Of a stretch of DNA of 64,000 bases, positions 54,917 to 64,000 are shown piece by piece. A model generated the notes under the pieces. It was not told the DNA's origin and did not search any database. It saw nothing but the letters and a program-made list of their open reading frames with translations. Made by a program: the position numbers and the translations under genes. This DNA comes from Euglena gracilis (taxonomy: Eukaryota): assembly GCA_039621445.1 (NCBI GenBank), contig CP154954.1, forward strand, positions 1-64,000. The letters are read 5' to 3'. Position 1 is the stretch's first letter, and every line of letters starts with the position of its first letter.

Positions 54917-55126
54917 CTACGATAATACACCATATGGCTTCAGCTTCTCAAGTAAAGAATAACTAATATCCTCCACAGTAAATGAAGATGAAACTTTATT
55001 ATACATCAAAAATATGTTTTTAGCCGCTAAACGGAACGCAACTTTTTGCCTCACCTTACGGGACACGTCTGTTTCTATTGTGTAATTTTTTAACCTTTCA
55101 TTTAATATATCTTTTTTACGTACCAT
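54917..55126 (-). pseudogene. Truncated Rep N-terminal fragment
   Basis: FRLAAKNIFLMY matches geminivirus-type RCR motif I context FRLxAKNxFLTY; stops before motif II. Confidence 0.7.
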
Positions 55127-55471
55127 AGTAGTTTTCCTTGAATAATGTATTATTTTTTGCTTATTTCCCGTACATAGTATCTTAAATAGGAGTTGTATGC
55201 AGTCGTATTTAACGATTTACATGTTACATCCCTTTAATTGTAAAGAATTCTCATTACTTTTCATACACATAGTTCAAAACCGTTTGCCTGAGGCAGATTA
55301 CATTTATTTAGTAATAATATCATGTGAGTGACTTTTTTAAGTTATTAGTGCAATATTGTGATTGTGTTATTGCGTGGTTAATGTTTACAAAACCATACCC
55401 CGTTTTGTCAGTAACGACCGAGAATTTGCTAAGTAAATTGCCCCCTAATAATAATAATAATATAATAATAA

Positions 55472-55513
55472 GTTAATAGATTAATAATAGGTTAATAGAT
55501 TAATAATAGGTTA
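55472..55513. repeat. 19-bp tandem repeat (GTTAATAGATTAATAATAG x2.2) after a (TAA)n run
   Basis: Units at 55472-55490 and 55491-55509, partial unit to 55513. Confidence 0.9.
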
Positions 55514-55549
55514 TAACTCCAAATAAAACTAATCAAAAAATTACGTTAG

Positions 55550-55738
55550 AAAAAAGTAAAATCAAAGAAAAGTTCCTTTAATAAATTTGAAAAAAACGTT
55601 GGTAAAAACGCTAAATACCGACTGTCAGCTAGGAAAGTATTTCTTACATCTCCAAAATGCCCTTTATCTTTAGAATATGTTGCAGAATTCCTTAAATTTA
55701 GATTTATTAAAGTACGATACCATAATAAAAGGTTATAA
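55550..55738 (+). pseudogene. Truncated Rep N-terminal fragment, opposite strand, no start codon
   Basis: Translates to ...YRLSARKVFLTSPKCPLSLEYVAEFL... (compare FRLxAKNxFLTYPKCSLSKE). Confidence 0.72.
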
Positions 55739-55993
55739 AAGTTGTTCCTGCTGACCTTAAACTAAAACCAATAAAAATAACAAAAACGTGTCCACTAGGA
55801 TTTTATTCTCGGTGAACTTTAAAAAAGTTAATAACATTTTAATAACAACTAGCTAACTAAATTATTTATATTTTTAATTAAATAATTTTATAATAATTAT
55901 ACTAATAATAACAATTTAATAACAAACGTGTCCACTAGAATTTTATTCTTGGTGGACTTTAAAAAATTTTAATGGAATAATATAATAACTTAA

Positions 55994-56818
55994 TTATTTA
56001 TTAGTTATATTATCTAGTAACATACTAAGTAAAATATATAAGAAGTTCAAAGACCCAGTATATTCTCTTAAAAATAATGGCGATTCGTTGATAAATTTGA
56101 TTTTATATTTGGAAGGAATTTCATATTTTGTATGCTGATATATTTTAATTTCAGCTAATTGATTTTTTTTATTTGCTTTTAGCAAAAGGTTATTAAGAAC
56201 ATAACAAAAACAAAGACCTCCTAGTTTTGGTACGTTTGATATATTTAAAATTTTACCATTTTTAATAGTAGAAAAAAAGCTTTCAACTAAATTTTTAGTC
56301 CATACTCTTTTTTCATCAAATATCACATATATATTTAAATATAGCTGTGATTTTACTGCTTTACATTCTAATTTTAGATATGTCTCTTGAAGAATTTTAT
56401 CTTTGGAATCAGTATGTATTAATATTACAGGTTCTACCGAATACATTATCCATAGAATATCTTCACTTGTAATTAAATTAAGAAAATCTCTTATAAGGCT
56501 AGTATTAAAACTATCACATACGAAAATCTCAATTTTTAATTTTACAAAAAAAACGTTATTTTCATTGCTATAAAACTTAGTTAAACTAAACGAAACAAAT
56601 TTTATTTTTTTGTATGATTTTCTTACGTTCGTTAAGTTAACATTTTCATTCAATCTATTTTGAAAAGAACGTTTAACAGAATTTATTGTATTATCTGTAA
56701 GTGATTTATTAGTAATTATATTATAAATTTCTCCTTGATTAATATCGTCAATATTTTTATTTTGCCACGGTTTAATTGATTTATATAAAAATTGTTTAAG
56801 GATTCTATCAATAGACAT
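55994..56818 (-). CDS. Hypothetical protein, 274 aa
   Basis: Long uninterrupted ORF in very AT-rich DNA, 17 nt downstream of the 295-aa ORF. Confidence 0.7.
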   Translation of the reverse strand: MSIDRILKQFLYKSIKPWQNKNIDDINQGEIYNIITNKSLTDNTINSVKRSFQNRLNENVNLTNVRKSYKKIKFVSFSLTKFYSNENNVFFVKLKIEIFVCDSFNTSLIRDFLNLITSEDILWIMYSVEPVILIHTDSKDKILQETYLKLECKAVKSQLYLNIYVIFDEKRVWTKNLVESFFSTIKNGKILNISNVPKLGGLCFCYVLNNLLLKANKKNQLAEIKIYQHTKYEIPSKYKIKFINESPLFLREYTGSLNFLYILLSMLLDNITNK

Positions 56819-56835
56819 CCAATTAAAATACCACT

Positions 56836-57723
56836 CTATTTCATTATTGTTCTTTTTTTTTTATAAGTACAAATAAAAACATCCGAATATTTTGGTTTAC
56901 TTTGAGAATTTAAAATATTTATTTCTAGAATTAATAATTCTAAAATATAATTGCAAAATAAATCTCTTATTTTTTTCCCTTTATTGTTAATATTTATTAA
57001 ATCCTCACACTTTTTTGTATATTTTTCGGTTATTGCTAAAAATTCTGAATCCTCGAAAAAGCTCTTAATTTCAAATTGTTTTTCTTTTTTTATTTCTATT
57101 TTTTCTATTTCTTCGTCATTATCGATTTTTTTTGCTAAAACAGTTTTTCTTTTTTCTTTATCAATCTCTTCCGGACCTTTTTTTAAAACTTCAAGGAAAA
57201 TTTTAGGTAGAAAATAATTTCCCCTTGCTTTCTCAATTAAATTATATTGAGTAATAAATTTAAAACTTAAACAGTTATTATTTTTAGATTCATAGCGCGG
57301 TATTCTATTCCAAAAAAGTTCCTCTTCGGGGTCTCGGCAATTAATAATAAAACCACCAACATTGCCAGGACTATCCCCTTTAGCTTTTTCGATACTTATA
57401 ATTGTATTTTTATCAAAACTAAACAAGTCTTCTAAATATTTTGGCCGACAATTTTTCTTTAGTTCGAGGTAAGCTTTAATAAAAATATCGGTTTCTTTCT
57501 GAAAATCCACGTATTTGCATATGGTATACATAATAAAAGAAATTTTATCGTCGTTTATTATTGCATGCCATTTTTTAATAAAAGAATAATCCATTTCTAT
57601 TAAAGATTGAAAATTTGTCCTTATTAAAATTCTCCAATTACGTGTTATATTATAACTACCATAATATCTCGAACTTGTGGTGTTAATTTTGAATTTGTAT
57701 TTTTTTCTTAATTTTTGAACCAT
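56836..57723 (-). CDS. Hypothetical protein, 295 aa
   Basis: Long ORF with GGGAG SD upstream of the ATG; Lys/Glu-rich C-terminal half. Confidence 0.72.
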   Translation of the reverse strand: MVQKLRKKYKFKINTTSSRYYGSYNITRNWRILIRTNFQSLIEMDYSFIKKWHAIINDDKISFIMYTICKYVDFQKETDIFIKAYLELKKNCRPKYLEDLFSFDKNTIISIEKAKGDSPGNVGGFIINCRDPEEELFWNRIPRYESKNNNCLSFKFITQYNLIEKARGNYFLPKIFLEVLKKGPEEIDKEKRKTVLAKKIDNDEEIEKIEIKKEKQFEIKSFFEDSEFLAITEKYTKKCEDLININNKGKKIRDLFCNYILELLILEINILNSQSKPKYSDVFICTYKKKRTIMK

Positions 57724-58073
57724 AATTATTCTCCCATAAAAAATTTGTCCAATTAACTATAACTATATTCTTTCAACAATAGTTTATTGTTGACCTACCC
57801 AATTAATTTAACGCTTAATGCTCATACAACAAATTAGCTATTTAATAACAATTTAATAACAAGTTAGCAATAAAATAAAAATTAATTTGATAATAATTAT
57901 ACTAGTAATAATATTTATAATGATTTTAATCACAACTTTATAACAAAAAATAACAAAAACGTGTCCGCTGGTATTTTATTCTCAGCGAACTTTATTTTTT
58001 TTTTTGAAGTTTTGTTTTTGAATTGTTCATTTTATTCTCCCAAAAATAATAGAGCAATAATTTTCTAAATTTT

Positions 58074-58253
58074 TTTATTCTCCGGGCGGACAGAAAAAAA
58101 AAAATTTATTAAAAAAAAATTTTAAGTTTTATTAAACTTAAAATAATTGTTAAAAAAATGCCTCATGCTTTTCAAAATTAATTCGAACTTTTGATGTCAA
58201 GAGGCATTTTTTAACAAATTAATGTTACCACTAATTTTCCGCCCTAGAATAAA
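58074..58253. repeat. Nested imperfect inverted repeat
   Basis: Outer arms TTTATTCTCCGGGCGGA / TCCGCCCTAGAATAAA. Inner arms TTGTTAAAAAAATGCCTC (58147-58164) / GAGGCATTTTTTAACAA (58201-58217). Confidence 0.85.
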
Positions 58254-58330
58254 TATAACATATTTATAACAAATAACAAATTAGTAATATTTTTATTACT
58301 AATAAAATAATAACATATAATAAAAACGTA

Positions 58331-59554
58331 TTAATTAGTATTTTTTTGATTATCATTTCCTTCATTTTCATCATTCATATTAGCTTTTTTTAAGAATTCT
58401 TGAATATAAACTTTAGTTTTACTTTCAAGTTCTCTGTATTCCTTTGATTTTTCCATTTCTGAATTATGAAAATGTGGGGGAAGTAATTTATCATCGGCAT
58501 TTAATTGATAAGGTAGTATGCCTTCCATTTCAATTCCTTTTTCTTTAAAAAATTGTTCCAAAACTTTATAAGGTTTTGACGACATTATAGCTTTTGGTAA
58601 AGCAGGAGATAAAAGTACTTTAACACTATTTTTTCGATTATGAACTTTTAACGTTGTTTCTAAAGAGTTAAATAAATTTTTTAGCTCATCTACATTTTGA
58701 TACTCTAAAATGCTAGAGTCTGAAAAAATTATCGCATCGTAATGACAAGTATTTCTAAATCGCAGTAAATCCTTAGCTTCCTTAACTACTAGAAGATAAA
58801 AGCCTTTGAATTGCAAATAAGATTCAAAAAAATCTATTAAATACCTAAGCTCACCGCCTAAAATTAAAAATACTTTATTTTCACCCATATTCAGATAAGA
58901 TTCATAAATGTCTAACATCCACCTTAAATCTCGAGGTATCACATAGTCATTAAAATTAATTTTTGCTTTAACTCCTAACCTTGTGCTTAAATATATGTTT
59001 CTAAGTCGTTTTTCAATAGCATCACCTTTATATACAAATTCAGAAGGTTTTTCTTTTTCAAACAACAACATAGCATCCGCTATCTCTCCTTTTTTTGCTA
59101 ATTCAATCATCCTTTCTTCTAATGGACAATATTCAAAATATTTACCATACTTTTTCAAAATTGATGGAGAAGCCATGAAATTTTTTGAAGCATCTACAAA
59201 GTTAAATATTTGTTTTGTTAAATAGTCCAACAAATCTTTCTCGTTATTAACTGTTTGAACATATGCACTATAAGTTTTAGAATCAACATATATATCAAAA
59301 AAATTTGCTGCCTTAGTGTCTATTTTTTTAATAAAAACGAAATATGAGTGTACATGAGGGTATCCGGTTTTATGAAACTATCTTACCAACGCATAATCAA
59401 CTAGTCCATATTTTACTTCAAATTTATTTTTAAAAAAATTTAAAATTTCTGAAAGATCTGCGGAACAATAAGAATAGGTTAAAAAAACTTTTTTTGATGA
59501 AATACGTCTCATATTATTATCAATGTTATTTTTGTTCGTATTTAATAAATTCAT
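58331..59554 (-). pseudogene. Geminivirus-like rolling-circle Rep (407 codons, single in-frame TAG at codon 59, 59378-59380)
   Basis: GGAGG SD + ATG at 59554; motif I KKVFLTYS, motif II R*FHKTGYPHVHSY, GRS-like NFFDI, motif III DYLTK; in frame with the 300-aa ORF. Confidence 0.85.
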
Positions 59555-60268
59555 AAAACCTCCCTATTTAATTTTTTATCATTTTTAAAAGACATAAAAA
59601 TTGCATTTAAATTTTTTTTAATTGCTACAAATTTTTTGATGTAGTAATCTGGCCTTTCTTTTTTTAAAAGAGATAGAGCCTTAAAAATATTGCCTTTTTC
59701 AGCTAGTTTTATCATGCGGTTCCAAAGTGACAACATTTGGTAATGATCATCTAATTTTACAGACAAACACGGACTAATTACTAACGAATCAGTAAAATCT
59801 TGTATACCATATGCTCTCTGACTTAAAACCATTTTTATTATATAATCGATAGAATATTCTTCTGACTTAGCTGCGCTATAATTTCCACAAACTGTAACCT
59901 CTTCACAGTCTTTTTTTAATCTCAAATCCAAAAAACGAGTCGAGCGCGTATCTAATCGTTTATCCACTTTAATGTAAGCATAAAAGTTAGCGGTTCTGCC
60001 TTTAAGGTAATCTCGTCCAACAATATAAGATAGTATTTTAACAATCCTTACTAGAAATAGATTTATTCGATATATATAAATTTAAAATAGATTCCATATT
60101 AATATTGTGAGATTCACAAAAAGCACGCCAAAATTCAGAATCTAAATTATATATTTTTCCTTTCTTTTTTCGTAAGGCCAAATAAGATTCTATTTGGTTT
60201 TTATTAAGAAAAGAACCTTTACCTTCAACGCTCTTTTCAAAGTTTAGATTATCATATTCGGATAACAT
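59551..60268 (-). pseudogene. Degenerate Rep paralogue (138-aa ORF extendable upstream; the overlapping 76-aa ORF is possibly its frameshifted N-terminus)
   Basis: RFLDL...GNYSAAKS...DYIIK (GRS + motif III), and ALSLLKKERPDYYIKKFVAIKKNLNAIF, which is homologous to the downstream Rep. Confidence 0.72.
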
Positions 60269-60538
60269 AACATTTTTTTTTACTTAAATTCTTGCCTAAA
60301 AGTCGAATTTTGAATTTTAATTTAATTAAATTAAAGAATAAATGAGTGAATCGAAACCAAAAACGTTTAAATCAAACTGTCAGTTTCAATACACTAACTA
60401 CACTATTTTATAGTTTAAGTAATAATATACTATAAAACAAACATAATTTTAAACTATTAATAATTGAAAAAATTTTTATTATAAAAAATCTATCAACATA
60501 AATTAAAAACGTATAATTTAATAAAACAATAAATTAAA

Positions 60539-62364
60539 CTACTTTTTAAGTTGAGTGACCTGGAATCTAGCACGTGCTTTTTTTAAATTTAAAGTTAATT
60601 CAAATTTTCTCTTAATATCTTTATTCATTTCTAAAGCATGTTTAGATGAATTATAAGAAATCTGTGCTTGTTCTACATTAATTTCGGAACCAAATTCTGC
60701 TTCATTGACTAATATAGTAACGTTATTGCTATTAATTAATGCAAAACCTCCTGTTACAACCAAACTAGTCCAATCGGAAGAAGACTTTTGACGAACTAAG
60801 ATTATACCTATATCTAATCCAGTCAATATTGGAATATTTAGATAGAAAAAAATTTATCATTAAAAATTAATAAATTAAGTTAATTTTTTCCCCAACAATA
60901 CAGTACGGGAGATTTAAATCTCATACGGCATTTAACAAAAAATCTTTTAAAATTTGCTTAAAAATTGACTAAAACTAAATTGTGATAGAATCAAAAGTAC
61001 TAAAAAAAAACAAAAATTTTGTAAATAATTTACATAAAAATACACATTCCTTACCATTGCATACAAATTTAAAAATTTTTTAGATTCAAATATTATATCT
61101 TACAAATTATGTTTATCAAGTATTGTTTTTAAAAAAATTAAAACTATTAAAAATTTTTTCTAAAACATGTAAAAACACTTTAAATAGTTATAAAATAACA
61201 GTTTAAATATATTCTTCTAAAACAAGACTTAAATATACATTTTCAAAATAAACTATAAATTATATTAATCTTAAAATTTTAAATTTTTCTTATTTATAAA
61301 AAATAATTTATAAAAAAGTAAATTTTAAATTTTAGAAAATATTCAAAGCTACCACGCACAAACAAAATGTTAATGCAGAAAATAAAAATAATTAACTAAT
61401 ATGGTTAAAAGTAAAAGTAAAGTTAAATCTCAAACAAGCATTTATCAAAAAATTATAATTAATAAAATTAACAAACGTTTTAATAATGTGTCACACATGG
61501 TCTTTAAGAACCCCCATCTGACCACTTAAAGTAGGAAGAATAATTTCTTCAACTCGTTTTTCCCAAAAAACTCTTTCAGGAATAAGTAAAGTAGAAAATA
61601 TAAATTCAATTTTGAAAATTTTATTCACAAACTAAACAAAAATTGTTGATTTATTTAGCTTTTCAACATACTATCGCAAAAAAGGTTAGGTTGTTTTATA
61701 TTATATAAAACTCTAAAACAAGACTTATTAAAACTAAAATGTAAAATTTTCTTTAGAATAAAAATTTATAGAAAATTAAATTAAAACCTATTCTCTTTGC
61801 TTTTATTGGTCTACTAAAATAATAAATAAATTTCAATTACCAAAAAATAAAATAATTTTACTTTTCATACAGAAAAGTTTAAAAAAGAGAATAAAATCCC
61901 CAAAAACGAAAATTATTTAAAAAATTAACTTTTGAAAAATAAATACTCAAGAAAAAAGATTTAAACTAGAATTTAATGAAAAAAGAAATATATTAGCGAA
62001 CTAAAATTTCTCTTAAAAAACTGTACAAGTAAAAAAAAACATACAGCTTAAACATTTAATTTTAAATAAAAATATGTCAAAAGTTTATTCTTTATTAAAA
62101 AAAAATCCAAAATAAAACCTATTTACGTTCTACTTGAAAAATTACTAAACTTATTAACAAATTATTGAAAATATTAAGATTAACCAATTAGATTAACCAA
62201 TTTTTTAATTAATATGAATAGCCAAAAACATACAATTTAAGGAAAATTTACTTAACTTAAAAAAAACACATAAATAAAATTTTATTTCTTATCTTTTATT
62301 TTAACTTATACCTAATAAACTAAAAGCAACTTCGTAACGTACTAATTGATACATCTAATGTCAT
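60539..62364 (-). CDS. atpE: ATP synthase CF1 epsilon; exons ~62343-62364, 61497-61585, 60539-60833
   Basis: MTLDVSI|.IPERVFWEKRVEEIILPTLSGQMGVLKDH|IPILTGLDIG... Confidence 0.93.
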
Positions 62365-62514
62365 TGTAAAAAAATTATAATTTTTCGTAGTCAAACTAAA
62401 AAAACAAAGTGGAAACATTATGTTTACTCAACAAAGCATAACTAAATAAATATTAATAAAAGCTTTTTAAGTAAGATATAGTTAAAAATTATTTACAATA
62501 CGTCAATAATAATT

Positions 62515-64000
<1,486 letters not shown>

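Larger units (their letters stand above)
55779..57994. repeat. Three dispersed ~45-bp repeats with 28-nt stem-loop (55790-55817, 55930-55957, 57963-57990)
   Basis: AAC(A)nCGT-GTCCRCTRGDATTTTATTCTYRGYGRAC-TTTA in all three copies. Confidence 0.9.
54730..60535. mobile_element. Integrated CRESS-DNA/rolling-circle plasmid-like island (multiple gemini-type Rep remnants, ORFans, repeated hairpins)
   Basis: Four separate sequences matching the Rep N-terminus, no recognisable introns, internal repeat family; sits between rbcL and atpE. Confidence 0.8.

Noticed and set aside
55779-57994. Hairpin repeats as a CRISPR array
   Set aside because: Only three copies, spaced 140 bp and ~2 kb apart, and no cas genes.
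54730-60535. Canonical geminivirus nonanucleotide TAATATTAC origin
   Set aside because: Not found in a hairpin by eye; TAATA-rich near-matches are expected at this AT content.
60834-61496. Second GTGCG (minus strand, ~61359) in atpE intron 2 suggesting another twintron
   Set aside because: Only one domain V (~60900-60930) is visible; a 5-mer alone is insufficient.

Overview
AT-rich euglenoid chloroplast DNA. Gene order, the dense group II/group III introns and the twintrons point to Euglena gracilis or a very close strain. Bases ~215-20000 are a near-perfect 10-kb fold-back of the psaA(3')-psaB-psbE-psbF(5') region. That fold-back, a purine-rich start (1-214) and a corrupted block in atpA (~40490-41383) look like long-read or assembly artefacts. 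Next come psbEFLJ, the rpl23-rps14 ribosomal operon (including the maturase-like roaA), trnF/trnC, rps2-atpIHFA-rps18, psaJ, trnP/trnS, a divergent rpoA, psbZ, rpl12, rps9, psaC, rpl32, rbcL, and at the end atpE/atpB. The most interesting part is a ~5.7-kb intron-free island between rbcL and atpE. It holds at least four geminivirus/CRESS-plasmid-like rolling-circle Rep (HUH endonuclease) sequences at different stages of decay. One is a 407-codon Rep with motifs I, II, GRS and III plus a degenerate SF3-helicase-like C-terminus. The island also has two intact ORFans, three covarying stem-loops, iteron-like repeats and a nested palindrome. It reads as an integrated, tandemly amplified ssDNA replicon inside a plastid genome. 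Exon boundaries were read by eye and may be off by a few bases.
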